Shown: positions 25,539 through 40,549 of the stretch, piece after piece | How positions within the stretch are numbered: the first letter of the stretch is position 1 | Layout of the letters: each line of letters begins with the position of its first letter | Source of the DNA: Antedon mediterranea | Taxonomy: Eukaryota > Animalia > Echinodermata | Assembly: GCF_964355755.1 (NCBI RefSeq) | Contig: NC_092677.1 | Span: 11,058,101-11,122,100, forward strand | Length of the DNA stretch: 64,000 bases | Direction of reading: 5' to 3' | Made by a program: the position numbers and the translations under genes | Notes under the pieces: generated by a model | Told to the model about the DNA's origin: nothing | Seen by the model: only the letters and a program-made list of their open reading frames with translations | Databases searched by the model: none

Positions 25539-25981
25539 TAATATGAGCGACACCGCACAAGACTTGTTGAGTATTTTCGACGTAAGTTGTTGATATACTA
25601 CTATCTTATATTTTAGGCTTTTTACGCGCTGTGAATATTAATGAGATGTAGTACAGTATAGCGATGCTAAAGACATTATGGATATTTGTCGGCACCCCAT
25701 TGCGATAGGTTTATCTGTGTGTCTTCTTACCCAGAGGAATGGGATTAACTAATTAAACTATATACCAGGCTAAGCCCCCAGATGTCAAAACACAATACTT
25801 GATATATTGAACAAAACATGCCTTTATTATCACAAGGACTACTACTAAGTTCATGATTAAGTTAACAATGACAAACCATGACGATGACAGGGCTAGATTC
25901 ACAGATAACGTGGAGATGACGGACTGTGATCGCTCGCTCACAAAGTTTGACAAAAATAACAAACCCGGGGATATATATTAA

Positions 25982-26092
25982 GACCAATTACGAGCGACAG
26001 TTGGGAATAATCTATCGCTTTTGATTGGTCAATTTGCTTGCTTTGTGGCTTAGGTACGTTCTTACGTTGCTTCCTATAGTGGGAACCAAGCT
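25982..26092. mobile_element. MITE family B, right half
   Basis: GATTGGTCAATTTGC...TAGTGGGAACCAAGCT-TTA. Confidence 0.6.
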
Positions 26093-27814
26093 TTAACAGA
26101 AAATTGAAAGGCCTATTAGAAGAAATGCAGGATAACAGCTATAAGAGGATCACACTTTGCTTTGGATCGAGAAGATGTTAAGAGGAGAAGATGGCAAATA
26201 TTACATTAGTGATTCACACATTCATAGTATTCTCGATTACATGGCTGGTCGGTCCTATGGATTACGGGTTAGATGACATGAAAATATCAATTTATGTTTT
26301 TTGTTTGCCGTTCATACACAGACTATGATTAATATCTCCTTAGGGTGGTATCGAGGTGCAAATATCAGACTATACTACCCGTAGGTCTGCTTGATCATAT
26401 TGAATAAAACGCAGGTAAAATGGCTGTATATCCCTTACTAATAGTAGGCCTATAATTTATGCTTGGTTCGTAACGTCACTTGTTATTGGTTAACTCCGCT
26501 TGCGTTATCTCTACGCACTTGCCTTCCGTCTCTAGTGAGAAGCAACCTTTATGATTTAACTTCATCATTTTTCCTCAATTTTTACAACAGAAATTCAAAT
26601 TAAAATTCGCATAAAATATTAATAGTAGTGATCCCTTTTATTTATACTTTTTCACTTCATCGGATACAATATTACTGAAGGAACATAACAGTGCCATTAA
26701 TAGGCCAGATTTGAATCTACATGGTAGTTGGGCCCACTACAAAATCAATCAATCAGAACGCCACCTAGTTACGGAGACTAAAAAAAAAAAACATAAGTGC
26801 TACAATAGCCTAAGCATAACATAAGCATACAATTCCTGTAATAAATAAAACTCAGGTTGAGTCAACAATCAGAAATTATATAATGTCAGTCATATATTAT
26901 TAACAAACAGTCGGTTTCTGTATGTGATTATCCAATTGTGTAGAATTTTAGATGATATATGATATGATGATTTTTTTTTCAAATATCTGCGATAACAATG
27001 TGATTTATTCGTCGCTTTTAGTATCTGGAAAATTGGCGGATTAATATTAATTCGTATAAGTAAGATCCGTGACTTAGAAACCGTCTACAGGCCATGGACT
27101 TAAATCATGTCTAATTCAAATTGTATCAATTTTGTGTATACAGTCTTTTAGAGTAAATAACTTGGTAGCTGTAGGCTATTTAACGGTCTGTCGTTTCCTT
27201 ACAAACATGTATTTGTCAATACAATATGAAATGGCAGGAGAAAGTTTTCGATTTGAGACGTAGGACTAATATAAATTAAGCATTACGCCATTTTGACCAA
27301 GTCATCCTCCACTAAAATCCTTTTTTTACGAAGAACGGTAGACATCCTTATCAACCTAAACATTACTACACTTAAAATACAAATTATTGACATACTGACA
27401 AATAATAATTACAATTTAAGGTGTAACTTTAAAGTAAGCCCATGAGGGAAAAGTAAACGATTAACTCGTTGAACTTGACTAAGCTATGACTTAATGAAAC
27501 AAAGCTGAAATACGTAAGCTAACTGACATTCAAAATGTTACTGACCACCCACAAACATTTGAGGTTTAAGTTGGCCTCACATTCTTCTTTATATGTATCA
27601 TGCAGGTATTATTTATTTGAATTATAACTATACATTCTAAAACGTACATATCCAACGGGACATATGTACAGTTCATTTTAGATTTTGGCAGCCTATATTT
27701 AGATTAAACACATGCTAATTATAAACTTATCATGTCACATCATCTTTGATTGTTATTTGTTGGATATGAAATTATGTTATTCAGAAATAAAGTGATCAAT
27801 CAATCAATCAATCA

Positions 27815-28200
27815 ATAACATGTTACACGATAAGATGTTACACGATAACGTGTTACACGATAACGTGTCACACGATAACGTGTTACACGATAACGTGTTA
27901 CACGATAACGTGTTACACGATAACGTGTCGCATCATAACGTGTCGCACCATAACGTGTCGCCCGATAACGTGTCGCCCGATAACGTGTCGCCCGGTAACG
28001 TGTCGCCCGATAACGTGTCACATGATAACATGTCGATGTGATAACATGTCACGTGATAACATGTCACTGGTACACATGTCACATGATAACATGTCACTGG
28101 TACACATGTCACATGATAACATGTCACTGATACACATGTAACATAATAACGTGTCGCATCATAGCATGTCACTGATACCATGTCACATGATAACGTTAAG
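27815..28200. repeat. 15-bp minisatellite (CACGATAACGTGTTA and drifting variants)
   Basis: Direct reading. Confidence 0.9.
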
Positions 28201-29632
28201 TTACGATCTGATAAGTTACCCAAATGAAACAGCTAACCGAATACATTGTGCGTTTTAATAATACTACTGTAGGCAGTCAACCAATACAAAATGATTTTCG
28301 ATCTAATTGTTTAAATCAGTATTGGATTTTCAGGAGAACAACTTTAACCCATAATCCGAAGATAATCATGTATAATTAATGTAGATTTAACAGCATTATC
28401 AGCGAAAACTTTAATATTTAACAAACTAGGACGCTGCTTTTTAAAAGCACATTTCCTGTCGTATACAATCATTGATTTCTATATTACGTCTATGAACTTT
28501 GACGTCTAATTATATAGGCCTAATGAATATTATTAGCCTTAGCGTCACCTTTGGTGGCCGTATTGTTATATATAACGAGCATCGATGGTCTTATATCACC
28601 TCCAACTGCCGTTTCCGAATTCTCATTCATTGTTCCGATTTATAAAATCTAATTATAAAAAGAAGTGGTGTGGGCCATTAACACCGTAAATATTAGATTT
28701 TTAAGAGACTTGTCGAGAGGACAGGTCGACGTCAGGGCACGAGCCTATAGTGATGTGTCCTCGATCTTGAAAACTTAAGCGTGCCAACTGAACGACCAAA
28801 AGGTCGCAGCGTGGATTCCAAGGTTCAAAAGTCATTTTAAGAAGAGTATATAATATCAGCCTATATTATTTCTAACAGCTCGAGGTAAGAACGCTCATCT
28901 AAACGTATAGTCAATAGTTCAATTAAAACCTAAGTATTAAACTACAGATTAAATAGGACTAATGAAGATTATTTTATTAAGGAGCAATGTAGGACACACC
29001 TGTTGATTGACCTTTAACCCCTTAAATCATATCCCATGCTTCAACAAATATCTGTTGCTAGGTTGAGACAGTCAATGTTGTCCATGTCAACTTTAGCTTT
29101 AGCCAATACGACGTTCGTATGATAACATAGGCGGGATTTGAGGACGCGAGTACGCCTAAAAAAGTTAGGCGTTGAATTAAAAGCATCAGTGACATAACAA
29201 ACGCATTTCTTTGTGTTTCAATAATTTAGTAATAATTATTTGTATATTGTACAAGTTACGGCTAATTATAATTGAATAAATATATTTATATTTTAAGACA
29301 ACTACAGGTATTTCCGCTTAAAGTACCGTTTAGTTTCGCCGATTATCTATCTGTTGCGCATGTATGATAAAGTTACGCTAGGTTTATGTGACATAATGTG
29401 ACATTGTATTACAGTGTATCTCCAATGTAGAGATACAGTAGAGATAGTGAGGTGTTAGGTTTAATACTCTTTGGCATCAATTACACCTGGATGAAATTGT
29501 TACTCCTCTCAACTCTTATCTGGTTGTAACGTAACTCTTGTCATTAATGCTCATTTCTTATTCCATACGCATCAAACAGTGAGAAATACAGGATTAATAA
29601 ATTAGGCGTATAATTATTGTGCTTAAGACTTA

Positions 29633-29846
29633 AGCTTCATCCTCACTACAGACGCAAGGATGTAAGCGCAACGTAAGTGATTTGACCAATCACAAGCGAT
29701 GGATTATTATAACAGTGGCTTCTCATTGGCCAACTAGCTTAAGTTGCGTCTGCGTATTTACGTTGCGTCTGCGTATTTACGTTTCGTCTGCGTATTTACG
29801 TTGCGTCTGCGTTTTTAAGTTGCGTCTGCATGGTGGGAATTACGCT
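29633..29846. mobile_element. MITE family B variant with internal 19-bp tandem expansion (TTGCGTCTGCGTATTTACG)
   Basis: AGCTTCATCCTCACTA...GACCAATCACAAGCG...GGTGGGAATTACGCT, with about 4 internal repeats at 29744-29830. Confidence 0.6.
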
Positions 29847-31511
29847 TTAGGGAGCGGAGTAGAGTGGTGAGTATTGGTATCAGAGAAGATGCCAGCGGTG
29901 TTGTGCAATTACACACAAAGTACGTACACATTGGTTGTGAATTACATGAATAAATTTAATTGGTGAACAATAAAAGCAATTTTATTTTATTTATTTATTC
30001 ATTTAGCATCCATTCAACAATAAATTTAAAATACATAAACAAAGAATATAGGATTTAAAAATGTATAAAACTAAATTGAATGGATGCAAGGACGACCCAT
30101 ACAATCGACAAGTCAATTTATTTCCAATGAGGTCCAAAATGTTTTTGGAACAAGTAGAATTATAGAATACCTCTAGTAATGTAATACAGATAAGTCAATA
30201 TAGTTTCCAGTGTACATTTTCAAAATTTTGATTTAAATGTAGTTCTACTGTTAAATTGATGTCATTCCTAAAGAATATAGCCAGGTAAAGAAATTCCCTG
30301 TTCAAATTGTCAAGGAAATGGAGTTTTAAAATACTTCTATGCTTCTATGCATGCAGATAAAGAAATATACTGTAACGTGACTTTTTTGTGTAAGGATTGT
30401 GATCCCTGAACACGGGATGTTTTTGTTTTAATAGAGAAGAAAATATAAAAAAAAAGGGAAAAGAAAAAAAAAAAAAAAAAAATATTATATTAATTTATAT
30501 AATAATACGAGACTACATGATTAGATTTCAAGTTTATTAAATTCTTTTAACTTCTTTTTTAACTGGAATATTATCCCTTAGCCTGTAGGTTTAGAACAAA
30601 CAATAAAATCGATTTCAAAACAAATGAATAAAAGAAGCAGGACATATCTGTATGCACATTACATTGCAATGACATTCTATAATACTTCTCACTTTCCTTC
30701 ATCTATCCAGGGACTGCAATATTATCCCTTAACCTGCGGGTTTAGAACGGACAATAAAGATCGATTTCAAAACAATAATTTCTATTCAAATGCGTCTCTT
30801 GCTGTGCGGGTATGTTCCTATTGAGGATGAAAAGAATATTTGTAAAACAGCGTTTAACATCATCATTTTACTTGTCATATCAAATCATATGATATTCTTA
30901 GGCCTTGGTTGATGACGTGTTGCAGGACATGAAACACGAGCTGGTGTGTGGAAGCCGTCTGCGTAGCCTAATGATCGCCACTTCCCAGGATGATTATACT
31001 TCTTATAACTTTATAGCGCCAAAGGTGTTCCTAATAAAATTAGTGATTGCAAGAAAAGAAAAGGACAAAGCAAATGTACTAGACGTAAATACAGGTAACA
31101 AAGGCTAGATTGCTCATATACCAGTAAACATAACGTACAAAGGTAATACAAGATTCAATATAAACAGTTTAAATGTTATTTTTTGTGTGTTTTTGTCATT
31201 TATCAGAAAATATTCTTGCAAAAGGAGTACTAAAAGTATTGCCAAAACGTGTTCATTTCGATACAAATATCAACTTTGGCTTAAAATTTTAACACTCTTT
31301 ATTCTGCCGAGACTCTTAAAGTACATTTCCAACAAATGTTTACTTTATTGTAATTGTATTATGCTGTTTGAATATGATTTATTGACAGCTATAGATTATA
31401 ATATTTCTCGCAATTAATGTTAATGTGTTAATGATATAATAAACTAACGTTGAGTATCATCCATTTGCACGCAAATTGAAACCTTATCGTAAATGACTGA
31501 TGTTACTATAA

Positions 31512-32062
31512 AGCTTGGTTCACCAACGCAATGTCGTAGGTGCAACGCGAGGAATTGACCAATCACAGAAAAAGTTCGGACGGTTCATCGCGTTGTGATT
31601 GGTCAATCACTTACGGTGCGGTTATGTCCTTGCGTTGCATCCAAGTGGGAACCTAATGGACACTATTTTAATCACCAACAATGCACTTCACTTTAATCTT
31701 CCATTCGTCTATCAAAGATCCATAATATAAAGCGAAAAAACAAAGAAAATAAGATAATACAGTATTCATTCAAAGGAAAGTATTTTTGTTTAAATTTTTT
31801 CAAAGATTGAATTAAGTTAGAAATAAAGACAAGAAACGTAAAAGAGCAAATGAATAAAATTCGATTAAGCGTAACGCAACGCAGCGACGTGTTGACGCAA
31901 AGGGCTGTATTGCGTAATCACATGTGGGAACCGACGACGCAATAGTGCTGCAAACATCGCAGGTTTGATTTCACGCAGGCGGAGGCAAACACAATTATTA
32001 GAAGGGCATTTGCTTACGTTGCATAAGTTGCGTTACGTTGCGTTGGTAGTGGGAACCAAGCT
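31512..32062. mobile_element. Two adjacent MITE family B-related copies (31512-31655 and ~31868-32062)
   Basis: AGCTTGGTTCACC...AAGTGGGAACC and ...GCGTTGGTAGTGGGAACCAAGCT-TTA. Confidence 0.65.
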
Positions 32063-32799
32063 TTAAGGACTATATATCGACGTATTATATTCAAGAAGAA
32101 CGTTTATGTAGGAGTATGTTATAATTCAAAGTTAATTTGCCCTTTTTGTTTTAGAAATCTCAGAACTAAATAAATTCTTAAGTTGAGTTGTATTGTACAT
32201 TAGCTAAGCTAACAATGTAAGTAAAGTATATTGGGTAGTGCAATGTTCAATAAAACCGTCTATAATATATAACGATTACGGTACATTAGCTGTATATTAC
32301 ATTACGAGATTTGATTGGTCGCTTAGTAAGTTAGCATTAAAAATAGCCACTGCTGATTGGTCGTAGTAAGCAGACGTTCACAGGAGAGTTTACGGTACCA
32401 CACCCACAGCGCACGACCTGGGGATTTGACCGTTATGATCATTCATACTTTATAAACGCTACATTTGGCAGTGATTATGAACTTCGGATTCAGTTTCAAT
32501 AATGATGAAGTTAAGCAATGGTATATTCATATTCATATTCATATTCATAATGAACCAAAATATGATTTAAAAAACGAAGATGATGATCCCAACTTGTTTA
32601 GGTTGTGGGATTTACCCTTCAAATTGACGTCACAAATTTATGTTTTTTTCGCTTTAGCTAAGTTTTTCCCTGCCTTATTCAATGTAATTTGTTTTTTTGT
32701 TTGTTAATGATATTCTGTTAGAGTGCATTAACATAATGATTATATCACTTCGATACAATCCGCCGGACTGGAATCGGTAACATCTATTATTTGTTTTGT

Positions 32800-33090
32800 A
32801 TTCAATGTACATTTTGTATTATATGTATATATATATATGTAAATTTTGTATTATATGTATATATATATATGTACATTTTGTATTATATATATATATATAT
32901 ATGTACATTTTGTATTATATGTATATATATATATGTATATTTTGTATTATATGTATATATATATATGTATATTTTGTATTATATGTATATATGTACATTT
33001 TGTATTATATGTATATATATATGTATATTTTGTATTATATGTATATATATATATGTACATTTTGTGTACATTTTGTATTATATATATATT
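32800..33090. repeat. AT-rich compound repeat (ATTTTGTATTATATG(TA)n)
   Basis: Direct reading. Confidence 0.9.
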
Positions 33091-36000
33091 GCTGGAAATA
33101 AATGAATATATCTATTTCACTACGTGCTAATGTACAGAAAGAATATTTAATATATCAACATTTCATACATTGATTTCACAATACAGAGGAAGTTTATGTC
33201 CCCCTTTATCATAATTAAAGACTATATTTTTTATGTCAAGGTAATTAAAATTATTATTATTCATATCTAGATAATTCTACTGAAATTTCAAAGGATAATT
33301 GCAATAATTATAATACAATTTCTATAAATTAAGTATTTAGACCTTTTACCACTTTAACACATTCTTATTAATGGTGTTAACTTATTTGTAAGAAGTAATG
33401 GAAAAAAAATAAGAAAAATAGTGGAAATAATAAAGGTGGGTTGTTCCCACGAAAGACAAAAAAAAAGATATTTCAAAGGATAGTAAGTTACAACCTAGTA
33501 CGAAGGAACACGGATAGACCAGAGAATGTGTTGATGACATTGAGGGAGGGGGTGTAAAAGTGAAAACTTATTGTATTCAATTTTGGTTATATCCTGTTGT
33601 GTATCGATCACTACCTAGCACAAAAAGTTACACAAAGGGAACAGGATGTCTTGTTCAAACCGTAAAGGTTATAGTTTATACCTCCGTAGCAGAATGTTGG
33701 GACGTGTTCGGGGCGCAAGTAGGACACGTTGGGTACAAATAGGATATTGGATAAACTGTTTAGCTTTTTAGGTGAAAAAATCGCCATTATATCCAAGACT
33801 TCCGTAAATTTTTAATCCTAAATGTTTATACCGTCATATCTTAACAATCCATTATAAAGATATTACAAAGAATAAAGTTTAGTTATTGTTAGGTGTGGTA
33901 AAATTGTACCGCCTAGCACCAATGCGACACAAAGGAACCGGATCAATAAATGGGCTTATGTGGCATTTTATGTGGCATATAGGGAAAAAATACATTTTTG
34001 TCTCTCTGAAGATCTTGTTAAAGGCCTGGTCATGCAGAAATTCCTGCCTAGGCAACAAAATGTTTAAATATTTTTAAAAAATTGTACGGTACTGGATTCT
34101 ATTTTATCAGCGCGATTGATTTCAGTTTTCTAGTAAAATGAAGCACCAGTGTTCGAGGTTTCAGGTCAAAATGAATAGATCTTAGACGAAGCGGCAACAC
34201 AAACACCAGAATATGAATATAAAACAGGAATTTATGTAGACATTATTATTTCGGGATAACTTAAAGTTCAAAGTTCAACTATAAACACTATAAATGATAA
34301 TAGACGTAGGTGTAACCGCAATAATTTCCTTCGGAAACGGGAGATTAAGAGAATTTCGATGAAATGGTGGTAGGGTGGACAACTTCGATTCCAGCGCTAA
34401 CGTTTAGTCGGTGAAGTGATTGGAAGATAAGGCAACGCAGACTGATGCAGTACACGACAGACACATCTACGTAGTATTCTAATGCATCGTCGTCTTCGGC
34501 GCCGCGTCGTAGATAGTAACGCTGTTGCATCATGGTCTACAGCACCGACGCGTCGTACATATCGCGTGGAAAGGATGGACAACGTCGGTTCTAACGCTAA
34601 CGTTCAGTCTGTGAAGTGATAGGAAGAGACACATCTACATAGTAATCTATTGCATCGTCGTCTTTGGCGCCGCGTCGTAGATCTCTTGCCGCATGGAAAC
34701 AAATTGGAAATACACCCGCCTCACCCACCCACCTAGCACCAAAGAAAGTTCTTTTTAGAAACATTGTTTAAACCAACCAAACAATTGTTATTAAATAAGC
34801 CTACATTTTTGTATAGGATATTGTACAATTACTGTATTATGTGTATTATATTAAAATATTAAATCTGGATGCGAATAAACTATCTACAAATGTAGACGAC
34901 GGATTTCAAATGTTATAAATGTCATTGGCTAATTTATTCCGATGGTCACACAGAGCGCCGCCAAATATCAGGGCAGAGGTTTGGACCAATCACATTCGGA
35001 GTCTACTGACGTTTTATCGCCCCCTTTTTACATCGATCATTTTGTCTCTTGTTTCAGTAAAATATATAGGTTAAATCGAGGAATCAGACGGCCTGGAAGT
35101 TGTTAAAAGTAGACACAAGTTCAAAATTAGTAGGCCTGATTAGATTAATATTGCAAAGGCCTAGAAAGAATGAAAAGTTTGTTAGCAGGCGTATCTATCA
35201 AGACTAATTGGCTTTTTTAACGGATATCCAACCTGTTTAAGTATTTCCTTTGAACTCACTAAACCGCGTCAATCATTTTACTTTTACTGTATATATTACC
35301 GTCTAAACGTACATGCTTAAGATTATATTCATTATTGACAATGTTATCCACGCTATATGACAGTACATTAAGACACTTGACCTAGTTTAAAATAATCTAA
35401 TAGGGACAACATTTTCGTAAACCAAGATACAACGTCTTATAAATTTTATGCAAAAATTCTTTTTGTTTTTGCCTATTCCAATTTATATTTTAATTTTTTT
35501 TAAACATAGTGTTTTTACTACTACTACTAAACTAAAACAGATCAAAGTTGTTTTAAAACTACCTTTTAAAAATAGTCTTAATTATGTTAACGAGTCCATT
35601 AAACTAATGTTTAACGTGGTAGTTTTAATCTATAATTCACAACACATTCGTTGAACGTCATGTTATATAACTAGAGAATGCTAGTCTTGTTCAAATCATT
35701 TTGTCGAAAAAAAGACGCTGTGCGTCTTAAACTTCGGCAACATGATTCAACTTAATCCACAAGCACATGAGGGCTCACGATCACAAACGGTACAATCGGG
35801 GCACATATTTAGCTAAGACCATCTTCTTTTTTTTTGGTCACATGTACATAATTTTCTTCATCTATGTAAAAACGAAACGCCTCTTTGCCACGCGCCTTTT
35901 GATCACCGTTTATAAAAAGTACCCACCCCTTACATTATAGATGCACAAGACAAGTGTCTGTTATTTACAATAAATATTGGTCATAAAGAATGAAGCTAGG

Positions 36001-39000
36001 AGGAGGAGCTAGTTTCTGGTGTACTTAATATCTAGCCGTCTACAACGCATGACGCTCTGGGCAGCTTTTTAATGTCGCTGGGCCAAGCACGCGTTGAAAA
36101 CCCACGCGTGTTACAGTACACGTTCCGCAAAGGTCTAATATAACATATCGCACTGTAACCAAACTTATTCTCATAGACTTGCTGTTTGGAGATATGCCAA
36201 GCTATATAGATTATTGAGGTGCTATAATGTTTTGGATAAGTATATAACACGACGAATTATGCAGAACAACATTGAAACAAGTATTTTTAGGTATGTAACA
36301 ATGATCTTATAACACATTTTATTAATAGTTAATGTTTATTATACGCGTGTGATATTAAAACACGGCTGCTGTATTCCATACTTGGCATTTTGGTTAAAAG
36401 TTTGCAACCATGATGTGAGCCCTCCAACTTGATCAACACAAATATCTATAATTTAGACGGTTTGTGTTTTTCGCCACGTAAGCACTGCTCGCGGATCAAT
36501 CAGCTATTCATATAAGTTATTCGCAAAATGTAAATGCATTTGTCATTGTTCTTGCACGAAATAATGTCAACAACTGTGAATTTATAACAGACGCCAATTA
36601 GTATACTATTTATAACATGTTGATTAATTTACTATTGAACAACTAAGGCTCGTAATGCTACAGTATTAATTGTGGTGTTATGAATTTATATTATTTAAAC
36701 TATTTTAAACATCACGATTACTTTTGTTCGTGATTTATTAACTATAAAACCAAAACGTTTGAATTATACTATTCTCATGCACAACGTACACAAGGTTACC
36801 ATCGTCATATATAGTTATAGTTTGGCGATTTTAAAATTCAGCTAAAAATAAATTACATTTACGAATCATTCGTAATTTGAAACAATTGATATTTCTTCAA
36901 AAGCAAACTTTTAAAAACAACAAACACTTTTTTTATGAACATCACTTGTTTAGTTAAACAGAAAAGGTGTTACATTAGCATTTAAAATGTTTTTACATTG
37001 TTTAGGTTTCGTTGCTAGGCAGCCAATGCAGTTCAAACTCTCAACAAATGCTCTCACTTAATGGCCACATTTACGTGAAACTTCAGTGATCAGATTTCAT
37101 ACAATTGAAATATATTTATTTGTTTTAATATGTTATAAATTATTTCCTTATAGAATTTTATGGACTATAATATTACTTACTATATCCTACGTTTAATTGA
37201 TATTCAAATAAACTAGTAAATAACTAAAAGCAAATGACAATATCGCTGATATACCTCGTTGCTTTACGAAATAAAAAAAAGTATTCAACGAAAGTAAGTG
37301 AACAACTCGGTGAATTTGGAAAATTCTTTTTAACCAATGAATTAAAATAAAGAGTTTCAATTTGTTTGTTAAAAATAAATGTCTTCATTCATTTACTACA
37401 TACACAAAACAAATAGGCCTAAACTTGGGTAGGCCTACTTTATATCGGCATCATTTTACAGTCAGGATTAAAAAAAGTTTTTAAAAAATTTTAAAAAAGT
37501 ATTTACTATTATACTGTAGGCCTTTTTAGAAGTTGTCTAATATCAATTGTACAAATATAATACGAACATGCAAGCCTACTTATTTTTGCAGTCACGATTA
37601 AAAAAAAGTATTTACTATTATAGGCCTTTTTAAAATGTGTCTAATATCAATTATACAAATATAATACGAATATAATTCAATTTAGGCCTGCTAACTATAT
37701 AGGACGGTGTACTTAGGCCTAACAGTTTCAATTTATCGATATGATTAAAAACGTTCAACTTTAGTTCTAATAGTAAGATGATACTGTAAACAATGGCTTC
37801 AAGTAAATTATGCATTAGATTCTAGATTTATGTTTTTCTGCATATATGCTAACGGAAAACGTATTTACAACCAGTGTCATGAAAGTAAATGCTTTACCAG
37901 GCATGTATCAAGGGAACTCGGTCGTCCCTGATGTACGGTGTAATAAAAATATAAATAAAAATCGCATTGTAAAAATTATAGTGACTATATTAATGTTATA
38001 TATTGCCAGGCTCTCTCCTGAATGTAATTTAATGTCAAATGACATGTTTCATTATTCGGTCATTATTATTGCACCCGAGTCTCGCTACTGTAAATAGATT
38101 TCTCCGTAATACTGAGAATCACATGTGTTTATGTATCGGCTAGTATTATGGGACAACTATTAATATAACCTTGCATGATACAGGCTAAACATGTGATACT
38201 ATGACATGGTGTATTACGGAAAACATTGTCGTGTGTGGAGATTCAGCACCGGTAATTATTGAGGTAATAATTAAGGTATTTATAAAATGGATTTTGGCGT
38301 TCCATAGTATTTCACTTTTTGCTATTATGTGCAATCTATCCACGTAAACATCAACGTTCTCTGAAAATGTATTTAAAAACTAGTTATTGTAGAAAACACT
38401 TAAGGTCGTTCACAATTGGGTCAGACAGTGTTGGGAATTAGCGTCACGCTAAAATACGCTTGGCTATAACATAATAAATTCTCAAATAAGTTAAGACTTT
38501 AAAATGTAATATATGTCGAAAACAAGAATACTTTTGTTTTGTATAATTGTTCCGTTGGTCTTTACCAATTATTTAACATGAAAAATATATTTAACGTCTA
38601 TGATTAATAAGCCTAGTCAATTCAATTTAATAAAAATGTTGAGGTGTTTTTATGAAATACGATCACCAACGCACATAAAGAAAGTTATTGGAATAAATAC
38701 TTCTGCATTTGGCATATTTTTATGTAATTTTATTGTAATTGAAATTCAAAAACACAAAGTCGTAAATTGTATCAGTAGTGTACGACACAAATTGATTTAT
38801 AGCCTCGCCATATTTGTTTGTAGTTTTCCATGAACTTTAATAGTATACTGCATGGCATTATATACTAAAGAGGGAAAATAAACGATGATAATTGGTAATG
38901 TTTAGCCTACCTGGACACAAATTTTGACGAATCCGAGTGTTAAAAAAAATCAGTTTATCCAAATTTTGTATCAAAGACCAATTACTTAATTTGGAAGGTA

Positions 39001-40549
39001 TGCTCGGTACACGTGAATTCATAAATCTTTTATTTCGAAAGCTCTGGTCCATAGCAAGTTAAAAAATAACATATAAAAAAGATAAACAAGTCTGTACTAA
39101 TTACTACTACTCATCTCAGGATGGCATTTCACCTGGAGAGCATCTTATATAAGACGTTGCCAATAATCGTTGAGACTAAAACATTTTCTTCACTCGAATT
39201 AAATCTACACATCAGGCCATATATATCTTTAAAAATCATAATAAGGAATGATACATTCCGTAAACATAAGGCAGGCACTATACCATGTACCTTTTTTTTT
39301 TCTCTTTTGTGGCGTGAACCACCACCTTTATTCTTTCATATCATAATTAAATACATTACAAATAAATCAGTAATATCTGTCTTCATATGTTCTTTCTTTA
39401 ATTATATTGTTTTCCGTCATTATTCTACATTTTTCTTTATATTTTTCTGCTCAAAAAAAAATATCAGTAATTTTTGTAAATTTTAGTTTTTCACATATTG
39501 TTTCCAATATTATCCTCCTGTTTTCATGTTTTCTTATATTTATTCACATTGTACACAGACACCCACAAATACATTAAATATATACATACACATACCGTAT
39601 TGTTTCATACTCTGTTAATTCATACCATTTATATACATCTTATAGACATTATATACAAAGATATAAAACAACGTTTTAAACAAAAAATACATCAATCAAG
39701 ATATATATAATTTTCATTAAAATTTATTAGGTACCGGTAACTCTTTTAACATTATATGAGCGTTAGTTTGTTCAGATCCTTAACAATAGACTTAAATACA
39801 ATCCAAGAGTTTTTACACACTGGTTTGTTTAATTCAGTTAAAATCTTAATGTTATATATTGAGAAGACATGTAATTGAATATAAGTCATTTTTGTATTCA
39901 CAATCAGACCCTAAAAGATGTACCTTTGCAACAGCTTTCTTAACCCATTATGTGATACATTAAACAATAAAATAGTTTAAATACACACACCCACACGAAC
40001 ACACGTATAATATTATTGTTGAACAGATAATACCGTTATCTTATAATTAAATTCCTCAATGATGGCCCAATTAAGCTGAAACTGACAACTGTTTATTAAC
40101 AGTTTCATTTATTGCTTAAATAAACACGAATAATAAATGATTAATTAATATGCATATGAATATTCATAGATAAACTTGCAAAGGAAATGCTCGCGTAACA
40201 CCCCCTTTCAAACCAGGCAGACCTCGACGACGTAGAATAACATTAATTTAGTAGTCTCGTCTTGGGGAGAGTTTCATGGATTTATTTATTTATGGCGAAA
40301 TAGATAAAACCAGGGAAGTATTACTCTTCCTTGATAATACACAACTAGATGATAAAACACGATGTCCAGACTAACTAGAACAATAAGTTTCATTCGTGGA
40401 AACGGATAACGGGCCCAGTAGCCTTACATTGTTTGAGCATCATGGCCTGGGTGAATTCTAAAGCAATCCTTGTTCGATAAAGCCTTGACTGTTTCCTTTT
40501 AACATACATAAATCTTACTATTTTTTTTCCTATACAATTTGTAACAGTG

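Noticed and set aside
32791-33130. Tyr/Ile/Cys-rich ORFs
   Set aside because: Translation of a (TA)n compound microsatellite.
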